Shown here piece after piece: positions 24,860 through 38,931 of a stretch of DNA of 64,000 nt (position 1 is the first letter of the stretch; every line of letters starts with the position of its first letter). Location: assembly GCF_026210795.1 (NCBI RefSeq), contig NC_089433.1, positions 4,588,001 to 4,652,000 of the forward strand, given 5' to 3'. Source of the stretch: Rhizophagus irregularis. Taxonomy: Eukaryota. Made by a program: the position numbers and the translations under genes. The notes beneath the pieces were generated by a model. The model was not told the origin of the DNA. It did no database searches and saw only the letters and a program-made list of their open reading frames with translations.

Positions 24860-25750
24860 ATAGTGGAATGGAAAACAAGAAGCATCGTTTGGATTAATGG
24901 CGTAAGAATTTTAGAAATTTTACCGACTATGATTTTATTAGAAATTTCGAACATAGTAGATGTATACGCTGTAAAAGAATGTTGACTCATATATGGATTT
25001 GTAGCGCAAAACCTGGTTACTATTGGCCAAATCATTAATCAAGCAAAAAAGAAAGTGAAGCTTCACATTGAAATTAATTGTGCTGCGAGGTTATTTGTTA
25101 TTTTAAATGAGCGCTCAAAAGTTATTTTTAATGATCGTATATTTCATGACTCAATTATATTTGGGAATTAATGATGAAATGTTAAAGAAATGAAATATTT
25201 GGGAGGAAGTAAAGGTATTACAAAGCAAATGAATCGATCGAGTAAAGAAGATCTTACTTTGATTCTGTCATCTCGAATTAGCCCTATAAAAAAAGAAAAT
25301 TCGGAATTTGTCCTGAAAAGTATGGAAAATGTCCAGAAATTTTCCGTGCGTCCGGAAAACATTTGGAAACGGTCACGTTTTGGAACACTTTCCGGACGCA
25401 CAAATTCCAGACATTTTCTTGACACTCCAGAATTTGTCCAGAATTTGTCCAGAATCAAGCGTCCGGAAAATGTTCCAAAACATGACCGTTTCCGAATGTT
25501 TTCCGGACGCACGGAAAGTTTCTGGACATTTTCCATACTTTTCAGGACAAATTCCGAATTTTCTTTTTTTATAGGGTAGTCAACAACGATGGTTAGAATA
25601 TAGTGAGGATCGGAATGAACGTATGAATTAGGGTATTTAGAGAAGCTAATTACTCTAGAAATTTTTCTTTATTTGATTTGTAGTCTAGTTAAATAGGTTA
25701 TTTTAATAGATGGGTTACTTTATTGATTATTAGTATTGTAAGAAATTTGA
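24860..25750 (+). mobile_element. Non-LTR retrotransposon (LINE) ORF2 3' remnant
   Basis: RILEILPTMILL, then in a shifted frame RCIRCKRMLTHIWIC (CCHC-type C-terminal finger). Degenerate, with approximate boundaries. Confidence 0.5.
25282..25576. mobile_element. 295-bp palindromic MITE, copy 1
   Basis: Near-complete foldback CCCTATAAAAAAAGAAAATTCGGAA...TTTTCTTTTTTTATAGGG; TSD TAG (25279-25281 and 25577-25579); close homologue at 59679-59973. Confidence 0.93.
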
Positions 25751-26543
25751 TACAAATCTAATTAATACTGTACAATATAGACGTAAAACATCTAAAGATA
25801 ATTTTTTCGCCTAATAACTCCTTTAAGTTTTATTTATTATTTATTCACATGATTTTGTTATTTAATATTCATTTAGGATAGGAAGGGTTTGGGGCTTTTG
25901 GCGTTGGTAGGTCATGACGGTGATAACTTTTCATTTTGCTGGAGCTGAATCAGTGAATGTTATTCTTTGTACTTCGAAATTATTTACTTATAAACTGAGG
26001 TTTTACGAAAAAAAAATATGCCGAGACTGATGACGTCTTATAACTTTCTTGAATAATTATGTATGAAATTAATTTCAGAATTATTTCCATATATGAATTG
26101 GCTATGATGGCTTTTTTAGCTCAAAATTTGTACAATTTGGTTGTTTCTTACAATATAATATCTCCATATTTCATCTATTATACAAAACTTATGTTACATA
26201 AAATCAATTAATCACAATAAGATGGAATTTTCGTTTAGTAAAGTTTAACCGTACAAATTTGGGATAGTTTTACTATCAACTGTAACCATGTTAAGGATGA
26301 ATTAATAAGCCGAGCCAGAAAAATAAGGATTGTATGCATAACATGCTATTAAATAAGCGATTAGCATAAAAATTAATTTATTTTTGAGTTCTTATTGCAT
26401 CATCGAGGAATATGTGCCAAAAAAAAATATTACAGTAATGTGAAAAATAAATACAAAAAAGTTTGGAGTACGATTATCATATGACACAGTATGATATACA
26501 TATGATGTCGACTACAACCCAAAAAAAAGAACTACCCCAAGAG

Positions 26544-27390
26544 CACTCCAAAAAATTCTGCGTAAATCATGTGATCATCACATATCACATGATTGAGATT
26601 AAAGAATTATGTAATTTATACAAAAAAAATTCTGATATTCAAAAAAATTAAAGTATTTTATTATGAAACTTTTAAAGAAAAACTTTATTACTCTATTACT
26701 TTTAAAAAAGAAAATATTTCATAAATTTATTAATTTACTGCCTATCTACAAAATAAATCACTTCTGTTTATTATGATCTTTCCAAGTGCGTGGATTTGTA
26801 ATCTGTCTTTCATACTTATTATTAATTTCTTTTTTTGCAAATTATTCCATTCCCTTTTAAATCTTTTCACCATGAAAGTTTTTCCCAACCACATAAATAT
26901 TTATTATATTGTTGTTGATGATGTGGAATTAAACGAGTAAGAAGAATATAAATTACCAAATCAAGACATGGTCGAATAAATTTTTGAAACATTGCAATTA
27001 AAATCTACTCTACTAGTTAAATCATTTTCTAAATATTCATTAGTGTTGATTTCTAAAATTCTTTCAAATAGTTGTTTTGACATTTCTTCTAGAGTTAAAA
27101 GTTCTACCTCTGTGTTAGATTGATTAGATTGTTTATATTGCAAAGTAGCTTTATGATGACATATATTACAAGTTTTAATTTGCTGAGTATTTTCATTAAT
27201 GAAAGCTTCTAGAGGTATTTTTTTTTTGACATTTTTTACATTTTTGTAAATTACCAGTAGTTACAATATCCATATTGAAAGTGGAAAAGCGAAACTTTAA
27301 TTAATTATTATTTATGTAAATTACGTAACTCTTTAATCTCAATCATGTGATATGTGATGATCACATGATTTACGCAGAATTTTTGAGGTG
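26544..27390. mobile_element. Non-autonomous DNA transposon with ~60-bp TIRs (CAC...GTG ends) and an internally deleted coding remnant
   Basis: CACTCCAAAAAATTCTGCGTAAATCATGTGATCATCACATATCACATGATTGAGATTAAAGA has a near-perfect inverse at ~27330-27390. The minus strand carries fragments TCNICHHK...LTLEEMSKQLF and ...TNPRTWKDHN. Confidence 0.8.
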
Positions 27391-30300
27391 GTTATTAAAA
27401 AAAAGTGGCAGACACGTGACTGCATTTTATTCATCACAACCGTCACACCCACCGTGTTTCCACTTTTTATATGAGGGACTTTGTTTTCGAGTAAGTAAAA
27501 CTTATTCGTCACACCTTATTCATCACAGTCTATTTTCACGTGTTAGTGCATAACTCCGTAATGCGGGCCAAAAGTCACGTATCTGTCACTTTTTTTTTGC
27601 CATGGCTAGGGTACCTTATAAAGTCCTATTCTTCGCTCGCAACGGAAAAAAAATAAATTGCTCTTCTGAGTTTCTTCATTCTGTAATCGTAAAAAATAAA
27701 AAAAAATCAAACTTATATAATAGCAATCATAGTATGCAGTATGTTCCGCTTTTTTTAAAAAATAATTTATGATTATATATGCTTAAATTCTCTCTTGCTT
27801 CCATTGTATACAGTAAAAAGACAAGGAATTGAAAAAACGAAAATACTGTTAATAGTTTACCTTTGGTCAGTCAAACTAACATAAATAGAGTTATCTAGTA
27901 TATACAAGAAATCCCGTTCTACGTCCTCATGTAATCCCTTTCCTCAAATATTACTCTAAACAATTAAAATTCAAGGACGTGAGGTGACATGACGGGATTT
28001 ATTGTATATATTAGATAATTTCTTTGATTAAATCAAAAAAAAGGTAAATATTATTGATTTTACGATAAATTATTAAATTTTATTGATATCTTTTTTATAA
28101 ATTAGATATTAGATAGTAAAGAAATGATGATTAACAGCATTTGCGGTATATACGATTCTTATCACAAGGTATTTTTTATTAATCTCAGTTTATTATATAT
28201 AAAATTCTTTTGTTAAATCTAGATATCGATTATAGTGGTATCCGTCAAAGTACGAACTACTGGTGAATCATTTCGTTCTTTTTTTTCTTTTACGAAGTAT
28301 GAACCAATTTGTAATTTTTTTTTGTTAATTTTATAATTTGTAATAAAATTATATTCATTGTTAGTATTTTTTTTTTCGAAATAATACGCGCGTTCGAAGA
28401 TTTGCATCGATTTTCGAGGAAATAAAATCAACATTTGACCCGAATTATATTTTTAAATTCATTATTCATTTGTATACATGTTTAGTTATCTTTGGCAAAA
28501 CTTTCAAAACTTAAAATGCCAGTCAAAATCTTATTTAAACAAGGAAAAAATATTATATATATTTATTTTTAAGAAATAAAAGAAATAAAGAATTTATTAC
28601 AGGCAGAAAAAGCATCTTGCACTCGATTTAATATTATAAAGTGGTATAGTTAAAGTAGCAAAAAGTAGACGAATATTTAATATAAATGATAAGAAAAGAC
28701 GAAAAATGAATAAAAGCGAAAGAAACTTTTCGAAGATATTACAAAGATATCACACGCGCGAAAAAATTAAATAAATTAAGATTAAACGAACAATTATCCA
28801 AAAGTAATAAAAAGATAAAAAAATTCGTTAACCTATTAAAACTATTATTCCAAGTTGCAAAAAAAATATGGCAAATTTCAAAAACCTTAATTTTTTTTTT
28901 TTATAAAAAAAGAAATAAACCTTAATTGGCGGAGGCCGGGATTTCCACCACCGAGGAAAGTGGCGCACAGACCATGTTGTTAACTGAAAATGGCTATGCC
29001 TCAATTACCTCGATGGTTCCATAGAATATTATTTGATTTATGTATGGCAAGATAATCATGAACACGGGTTGTAATATACGATAATGGATAATACGCGAAG
29101 TTTATAATACACGATAAATATTAGTGGCGGTTGTGGCGGTTATATCGGTTTTGTCGATTGTGATAATTTAAAGATGATGATTTTGATAATTTAAGGGAGT
29201 ATTTAAGGGAAGTTAAAAATGCCGATAATATTTGTGGGTGAAAAATTATAAAAAATAATAAATATAATAGGCACAAATATTATCGACATAAAAGGAAAAG
29301 ATAATTGAAGGAATGTCATTTTTCGAATTGAATGATTATTTTAACCAATAATTTCATTAGTTATTTTTTTTTTTTTTTGTATTTTGGAATTTTGGAAATT
29401 AATAAAAATTGAGCATCTTTTTATAACAATTCTTTCTTACGAGTACGTAATACAACATATCACGCCATAAATAGTATTTTTGGGGTAAAGAAAAAAAAAT
29501 TATAAATCTTTTTTATGAAAATTGATATTAGATATCTATAACTTCATACTACAACTTCATATCACGCCAAATGTCCAAATTTAAATTGATAAGAATCAGT
29601 ACTTTTTTTAGGTTGAGTATTTTGTAATTGATTCAACAAATAAGTTGAAATTTTTTCTTGTTTTTTTTTTGTTTTAAGGAAATAATTTTTAATTATTTTA
29701 CAAATAAAAATAATAAAAATAAGAATTTAACGTGAACTTTACTTCGATATCGAGAAAATGAAAATAATTGACGATTAATTTTTATAAACAAAACCAATTT
29801 AAGCAATTGATTTACAAATACTTGTAATGAATATCAAATTTGATTTTCCCATTTGGAGTTTAAAAAGGTATATTTTAGACTGATTTAGACATTCCTTTCC
29901 GTTATTCCGAAAAAGCCCATATTTTTTGATTGATAAAATAAATGTTCTTAACCAAAATTATTCAACGGATGTATTCCCGCGATATAAACGGTATTTTTAA
30001 AGTTTAATATATATTTTTTAAGGAATAATTAATTTGTACGTTTTTATTTTTCATGAACTGATTCGAATTGAATGAAATATAAATTTGGTACTTTTCTTCC
30101 GTATATCCCGTTTCCGGTGGGAAAAAATTTCCGAAAGGTACGTAATAAGAGGGTTTAAATGAGATTTCTTTTTTTAAGAATCAGGTTCAATTTATTTATA
30201 GTTGAGTAACTATTTTGGTCATGCTAAAAAAAAAAATTGATGAATCAAATGGGTAGTCATCTTTTATATATAAATATATATTTTTTTAATAACAAATTAT

Positions 30301-32513
30301 TAAGAATACATATTAACAAATTTGAATTCATTATGTGGCGAAGTTTAATAATTAAGCAGTCTAAACCGCGTTTTCCATTGTGAAATAATATCATTTTTAA
30401 AATACTTTTTAATTAAAAAACTTTGCCATATTTCTTTTGAATTATCGATTAATCCCAATAGTAAGTACACTTAATTGAAAAATTCATTTGGTGATCATGA
30501 CTCCTGACAATTGGAGTAACACGAGTGCACGTGCTAATCTGATTATTAATTTCATGGGGGAGTTTGGTTTTTTTCTCCAGGGGAAAAAAACCCTAATGTT
30601 TCCCCTTCCCATGAAATAAATGGTAATCCCTTGGAGTGTGTCACTCATTAAATATTAACTAAAATAAGTAAACGAAGATGGTCATTTATAAACTCAGCAA
30701 TTTTTAAAAATTAGTATGAAGGTGATCATGAGTGACACTTAGTGCGACAGGGGATTATGCGTTTTTATATCCATCACGATTTTATGTATTTGACGCTTTT
30801 TTTTAAGTTAATTGGTTTTCTATTAGGTGCGAAATTAAACAGAACTAACTGGAACAGAACGCCAAAAAGAATCTTGATTTTAAGAGAATTATTGTAGTGT
30901 AGTAATATTATAAAACAAATGTTTCTTGAAACTTTCAAATCACCACAATATAATATTTTTAATTTTAATAACAATTTATGTGGCAACAAATTTATGTATA
31001 GTATGATACCTGAATCTAATAATACAATTGTACAATTGGTTCAGCTACTGGACAAATAATTGAAATAACAATTTAATCTTCGAACGAATTAGAGATAAAG
31101 TTCAACAGAAAAAAAAATTCGGGTTGGAACAAAGGAATATCAAAACAATATAAACAATATTCAGATTCATCACCGACAGATTAAAGACAATACTACTTTG
31201 TGAACAGGATGAATAGATCAAAATAATGAAATTATTTGACCTGACAGTGCTTATACATAGAAAATAATATATTGGTTTTATATGACACGTCAACGAGGAG
31301 TATTGATTCAATTTCGATTGTTATTCAATCAACCGCAAAAAATCAAGAAGGAACTCCTACGACTTCTTCTTCGATATACGTTATTCCCTACGATCACGAA
31401 ACAAAAAGAGATCAGGAACGGGCAAATGTTCTAGTCGTTGGAAGCCATGAGTCGTTGAACTATAATAAGTAGATTGGGCACTCACCTGATTATTTATGAG
31501 TATTATCGTAATCATGTTGATATGCGCCAGAGTTTCAGAGATTTTGGCATATTCTTTGTCCGTGATTCTTAAAGATCAAATGGAGATTGATATGGATTAA
31601 TCCCTTATTTATTTCAATAATTTTGTTTATAGTTTCGGTATGTATGCATTTTTTTTTTTTTGCTTCTTTTTCATATAAAATTTTATAGTAAAAATCCGAT
31701 ATTTTTCCGTGAATTTTATAGTTGAAATATACACACATATGTATTTTATCTTAAACGCGAATGGGTACGAAATTTTCTTTGTTTAAATTGTAAAGTTGAT
31801 TTTATTTAAATAAACTTTGATTAAATAATTTAAAAAATTTAAGAAAAAAAATATTATTCTACTGATGGAGAAGCAAAAAGGTCAAATAAAATTTGAATAT
31901 TTTATTTTATTTGTTTATTTATTTTATTTCAAAATCCAACAATTTTTTAAAATTACTCACTCTCAAAAGATTCAAAAAATAAAGAAATAATTCTTCAAGT
32001 TTTAATATCAAGGAGTATTAATGATATTTTAAGATATTCCGATTTTCTTTTTTATTAATCTGAATCGCTATAAAATCTAAAAAATATATATCAACACATG
32101 TTATACCTTTTTTTTTTCAAAAAAAAAATCTAAAAAATATGTATCATCGCATGCTATTGCGTAGAAACTACTACAGAATTAAAGATACCAAAATTTTTTT
32201 CCAAATAAAACCTCTCGAACAATGCTTAGCGCCAATATTGTTTATAGACTAGATCTCGCATTCATGGGAAATCACTCAAAAGATAGTTTGTTAAATATGC
32301 TCTATATGTCGAATAGATTACTACGATTTTTGCATTGAGATTTAGAATCTTGATCTAGGAGAATTAGAATCTAATAAGTGTAAAATGTAATCGCTCATTC
32401 CATCGACAAAAATAGCAATTTTGTCGTGTAGCAATAAATGACCAAAATCTGATGGAAAAATGTAATCCAGGATTCAGGTAATGATACATGCAAATTTCGT
32501 AATTTTTGACCTC

Positions 32514-34200
32514 TTATCGACGGCAATATGATGCATTTGATCTTCCGTGAGATTCCACCATCTTTGGGAACGGAGATGAAACTTTAGAATACCCGAAATA
32601 ACGTTGCAGTGTGCGCGATCTTGTAATTAAGGAGTGACTTTTACATCCATCAGAAAGTGGTTTCGTAAGTACAAAGCCGTGACTTATCCCCAATAAATAA
32701 TTCAATATATATTTATTGACCTTATTCACAACGATATGTGTTCTTTTGACTCTCCATGAGATTCCATCATTTTTGAAACTATTAAAGAATACCCGAATAA
32801 TGCCTATTTGTTGCAGAGTTCGCGATCTGTAATTAAGAAGTCGACAAATAGGTCATAAGGACAAAGCCGGGACTCATCCTGATATCGGCCAATAAATATT
32901 GGCTAGAAACATACAACTAAAGTGTATACATAGTTATGTTGGTGATTCTGTGGTTCATAACATCAAATTTGGATGACGACTTGCTGTAACCAAGCCATAT
33001 GAAAGTAATATTCTGGAATAGATCTTTAACAGACATAAAGTATCATCTCCTAGATTAACATTATTATATAGTAAAGGATTTATATCAATAGTATTCGAAT
33101 TTCTAGAATCACCTTTTAATAACAATTATAGTAGTGATATTATACAGATTTTCATACGTCAATTCTTTCCAATATGATGACCATCCACTGTATAATGAAT
33201 TTCTAACCTCAAAGGTTTCCTCTGCAAACAGATCATATTTAAATAGGGGATCGACTTCATTCGAAGTACACCAATCTTGCCACATCCTTTAGTTTGGTAC
33301 CTAGTCCGGAAATATTGCAAATTGAATGCAAAGGGATGTACTGAACAAGGTGCTCCTGCATTTGGACTGAATTAGAATCGGAAGAGGAAGACATGGACTC
33401 AAATTGTCCCTTTTAACGAAACTCCCAATCATAGGTGGAATGCGGCTCGCTGCCACTACCTTTGAAAGAGCGTGTAAATATCTAAAAAAAAAAGCATAAT
33501 ACATTAAAAATTAAAATTCGAAAAAATTTAAATGTAAAACATTTTCGATTAAAATAAAATAGTCTCTGATTTAAACGCCACAAATTCAAATAATAGATTT
33601 ACCATAATTTTCTTCAAGTCCTAGAAAAGGGCATAACACCTACATGTGTTCATTGTATAACTCAATTATGAATTGAATGGATAACAGCATTTTTGAATAG
33701 ATGGATCTCAAAAGGCCAGTTATGCACAAACCCATAAAGCAAAACGATATATGCCAAGGAAAATTGTTTGGACTTGTTATGATAATTTGTCATCAAGACG
33801 CGATAAGAAATCATCAACTCCACCTAAATAAAATCAATATATAAAAGTTATTAAAATTCATGCTTAGAAATTAGATAAAGTGTAAAAAATAAACAAGTAT
33901 GATCAACGTACCAATAAAGATTCAACAAGAAAATGTTCTTTTAGAAACTGTACACTAGTAATGTCGATACACAACAAATACGAAGTTTGAAATTGCATCA
34001 AGATTCACCTATATAAACTTTTTTAAAAAAAATCCAAAGTAGGTTACCTACCAATATAAAAAAATAAATAAATCCATAAAAAAACGACTAAAATAAATAA
34101 GTTTGATAAAAAGAAATGCCGAATTACCGAATATTAACCCCTACTCATTCTTTGATGAATAAAGAAAAAGAAGCCGCGAAGAAAAATGATAATACTCTTA
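32514..34200 (-). pseudogene. Decayed multi-exon gene of unknown product
   Basis: Locally higher-GC coding-like blocks separated by AT-rich intron-like gaps with minus-strand GT/AG signals; many stops; a degenerate internal duplication (~32545-32690 vs ~32755-32880). Confidence 0.35.
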
Positions 34201-35448
34201 TCATTTGCTATAATTATTTATTCGCTTAATCATTATTGATCTCGTTATCTACATCAGCTTGTCTAATCGTTCTTTCAAAGAAATATGACAATATCTTCAG
34301 AAATTATGCGTCTGCCGAGACTCGAAATATGGATTTGAAGCTGTTAAAGTTAATAGGTTATTAAAATTCTTCAAATATTATGCAATGTTTCAAATCTTTA
34401 CGATTGATAAGAAAAGGCATTTAAATATAAGACTATGCAGCATAGCGACACTAACTTTATTATACTATACGCTCTCGTTGATAATTAAAGCTCTTACTTT
34501 GTTAACTGTTCATTTTCTGGAAGAAAAATTTTCGACAGTGATGAGGATGAGGATGAGGCGACGATCGTCGATCGTTTATAATAAAACTGGAATTAAAATA
34601 TTTACACGTGTTTTTTCCTTTTTAAAAAATGCATTATTTTTTTCCGAAGAAAAATTTCTGGATATTTACCGTAGTGCTGAAAATAGAAATCGGCCAAGGA
34701 AGATTGAAGAAAATATTTTACCGGACTTTTCCGGATGTAAAATTTTATTTAGCAAATGCAAAATTACACCACATGTACATAAAATAAAAATAAGTAAATA
34801 AAACAAATGCTAAATTATTTCTTTTATTAAAAAGTGCCAACAGTTGCAAGGTGGACAAAATTTTTTTTTTTTTTGATGTACAATAAATTTGATATCATTT
34901 CTGTAACTCGCCATTTATCATTGCCATAAAAAGTTCCAAAAGAAATTCATTTGTTTTAAAAGAGTTCCTTTTGTAGGGGTGGTAACAGAGCCATTTTCTT
35001 GATGTAAAATTGATGTTTCGTTCTAGTAATGCAATAAACAAAGTCAATTTACTGTAAATCGGTCGAATCATTGATATAAAGATTGAATTATGTTACTTTA
35101 ACTTTCTATACCGTATATACATTGCTTCCAGAGGTAAAATACTAATTGTTATTCCATCAGGAAAGGTTAATCCTTGCCCTCGAACACGTTGGTACATAGA
35201 AAATTATTGTGCATTTCCATACGAATAATCTAGAGTCTTGAGGACGTGAGATACATCTACTGAAAATTTGGTTGAAATGACATCTTCTATTTCTTGACTG
35301 CTTTTGCCGGTTAATTGGACTCCTACGAACACAGAATTACTTAGAGAGTAACAAGGATGTTTAGTTATTTTTCGCTTCTTGAGACCTAAATTTAGGACAA
35401 AAAAAAAATGTAAAGTGTAAGAAATATAATCATGTCGCAAAAATGTAA

Positions 35449-35876
35449 AGAGTGGGCATGAGCGTGAGCTGAGCGCGAGCTTGAGCATGAGCTGAGCGTG
35501 AGCTGAGCATGAGCTTGAGCATGAACTTGAGCATGAGCTGAGCATGACTTGAGCATGAGCTTAGCGTGAGCTGAGCATGAGCTTGAGCATGAGCTTGAGC
35601 GTGAGCTGAGCATGAGCTTGAGCATGAGCTGAGCGCGAGCTGAGCATGAGCTTGAGCGTGAGCGAGCTAGGCGTGAGCTAAAGCGTGAGCTGAGCGTGGG
35701 CTAGGCGTGAGCTAAAGCGTGAGCTGAGCGTGAGCTAAGCGTGAGCTAAAGTGTGAGCTGGGCGTGAGCTAAGCGTGAGCTAAAGTTTGAGCTGAGCGTG
35801 AGCTAAGCGTGAGCTAAAGCGTGAGCTGAGCGTAGGCTAGGCGTGAGCTAAAGCGTGGGCTGAGCATGAGCACTCT
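35449..35876. repeat. GC-rich minisatellite of 10-12 bp units (GAGCTTGAGCAT / GAGCTAAGCGT), possibly a repeat-filled MITE
   Basis: Directly visible tandem units, bounded by inverted AGAGTG...CACTCT. Confidence 0.85.
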
Positions 35877-37976
35877 CAAGAATCCATTTCTATGTTGAAA
35901 ACAGATTCCTCCTCCAGATTCAGAACATAAAGACATTTCTTCACTTACTTCCTTCCATAATTATATTTTGGAACTTGAGAGATACGTGTAAAAATATTTA
36001 TGTGTAAGGAAAGTATCATTCTTATAAATATCAAGTGTTAAAAGTCTGAAAGTTTTTTTTTACGTGAACGGTGCCCTCAATAAATATCGTACGCGAGTCG
36101 TACGCGTATCACAATTGACATATACATGATGTACATGATGACGTTTTTACTCGTACGACTGCGGCGGAGTGCGGACCATTATACATTTATACATGAGTGA
36201 TGAATGATAATCTTTTGATCTTTTACATTTTCCCCACTTTTATTCATATTACTTATTATAGATTTTATTTAATAAATTCTAATAAATACATTAAATGGTA
36301 AGTAGCTTTAAAAATGAAGATTTAAAAAAATATACAATTTATTTTCCTAGAAAAGTGAACAAAGAGAGAGTTTTCTTTTAATTTGTTATTAATATATTTT
36401 TTTTTGATAGACTACTTACTTATCTCTTTATGTGATTTTAAAAAAGCATACAGATTCATAGACGTATATTCAAAGTCTTCAAACCCTTCGCCTACTACAC
36501 ATCAAAGGAAACAGTTTGTTTATTTTTATTTTATGTGTAATGGTTGTGTGTGTGAAATTTTACTATCACGGATAGAAGGAAAGGATACAAAATTTTTAAT
36601 TATTATTAGGAAGGAGTGAGTGACATAATTATTGATAATTTATCATTAAAAAGGAGTTGGAAACATAGGATACGAAATTTCTTTGATATTTTATTATCGA
36701 GAAGATATAGGAAACATATGATAAGAATTTTCTTTGATATTCTATTATTGGGAAGGTGTGATGAAGACAAATATAGTATCATTATTTATTTACCTTGGGG
36801 AGGGTTTAATAAAGCAGTATCCGATGCATACCTTGCGTAGAATTATGTTACACTTCGGTGAAATTTTTAGATATGGGTATAGATATGAATTTTTTTTTTT
36901 GATATTAAATGGAATTTCAAAGATCAATGAGTATAATTAGAACAAATTTCAAACGAAAATCAATAATCATCTTAAATTAACATACTACTATATAACTCAT
37001 TTTTATTTAAAGATTGAACGCGAATTATAACATAAATAAAGCTAAAAAAAAAATGGAAATATTTTTATACAGTATCAAAATAGAATTTAATATTATTTTA
37101 TGTAGTACATTTTCTTTGAGATCCGATCATAAAAACGACACCGGCGACACCGCCACCTCTGTACAGCAACATCATCACCTCATGATTCTGGAACATCACC
37201 ACTTCACGATCCTCGCACTTCCACTTATGATTCTGGTTCATGATCTGAGATAACATCCATCATTATTTCGTAATTCTGAAAGAACATCTCAAGCCCAGAG
37301 AAATAAAATACAGAAAATATATTGTCTATAAATCCATCACAAAATCATAATGCAGCAATCTGGAAATAAGAATATATTACATTAGCAACAAATTTATTTT
37401 TCTTAGTAAAACATTACAGAGTATAAAACGATTATCTGTCAATAAACCTGACAAAATTGAAGAGATATGAGATATGAAGACTGTATGCAAGGGAAATTCT
37501 CTTCATTAAGGAATTTTCATAATCCTGACCGGCACGGACAACTAATGCGTATTTTAAATATACATAATTAAAGGATGTGGCAACAATTAAAAATAAAATT
37601 GACCTTTATTACAACACAACATTTGCAATTAATACATAAGGTTAATTTCTTCTAATATATTAAAAAATGTTATATAACGTTGTAACATACGTGACATTGC
37701 GCAGAATTCAATAAATACAACTCAACTCTAGATTCCTTGTAATTAAAATGACAAATTAATTAATTCACTATTATTTCGCTACGGACTTTAAATTTTTTTT
37801 TTTTAAAAAAAAATATTGAATCTCGAATAATTTAACAAATTACGAACTTTACAGTATAATCATCGATCGATTCGATTTTACCAATGATATATGTACTTTA
37901 TATTTCTATCTTCGTTCCAGTTAAAAAATCGGTACAAACTCTAAGCTTCGGAAGAAGTTTGGTTTTATGAGGAAAG

Positions 37977-38309
37977 AAGGGATGGTCGTAACAAAACGAG
38001 ACAAGCTAGCAATAAAAAATTTGAACATCCATATTTTTTTAAGTGCAAGACCGATAAATAATCGTCAACTAATATAAAATTAATTTTTATAAATCGTTGA
38101 ATAAATAATACATATATTATATATTACATCTAGGATCCGAACCGACACAATTGAGAAAACGAGTCAAACCGAATAACCGGTTCGGTACCATAATCGGTTT
38201 TTGTCATTTCGGTCCAGATCTGAGTAAGTTTATATCAAAACTTATTTATGTACCAAACCTAATGAAACGAACCGACTCAAGTCGCTAAACCGAACTTTTT
38301 CCATCCCTA
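37977..38309. mobile_element. hAT-like MITE remnant
   Basis: AGGGATGG...CCATCCCT(A) ends resembling Ac-type TIRs, with multiple AACCG/CGGTT subterminal motifs. No TSD. Confidence 0.45.
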
Positions 38310-38931
38310 AAAACCTATGAACCAACCCTTTCTATATTTTATAGAATGTATATCAAATGTTCAGAAAAACAAAATCGTTTTTGTAAGTAAATCAGCCTTC
38401 TGATTGTGGTAAGTTACACATATTTCATATTATTTCAACATCCCTGATTCCAATGGGGACGATATAATAAATAAAACAATGAAAAAGCCCTTGTTCTCCT
38501 AAACGATATATAAATATGCATATTATCAAATGATTTATTATGGTAACAATTATTTCATCTCGCAAATCATAGCTACTAGACTTTATTAGAATGTGATGGA
38601 AAAAATGATGATGCAATTGATGCATGCAAGGAAACCGAAGAGATCAAAATCAGAAAAACAATGGACAAAAGATTTGATATATAAGGAATAGGATTTTTTT
38701 TTATTGTTCATTATTGTATTTCAATATCTAATCATTATTTTTTATAATATGCTTTTTTAAAAAACTTCTCATAAGATAAAACTGTACATTATTTTTTATT
38801 TTTCTTTTTATTTCCTTTTCTACTTTTATAACTTTTTAAAAAAAAAAATCCGCCGAGAACTGAATCTTTCTTATAACCCTTATAACCTAAATTTTACCAA
38901 ATAACAAAAATATATACTTATATATACAAAT

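Noticed and set aside
25168..25579. Overlapping ORFs on both strands (also 59473-59976)
   Set aside because: These are by-products of the stop-poor palindromic MITE, not genes.
27400..32400. Short ORFs and small hairpins (e.g. 30550-30620, 28930-29160, 31272-31472)
   Set aside because: No recognisable domains, splice-consistent gene model or TSD-supported element.
35204..35625. Ser/Ala/His-rich minus-strand ORFs
   Set aside because: They are translations of the minisatellite.
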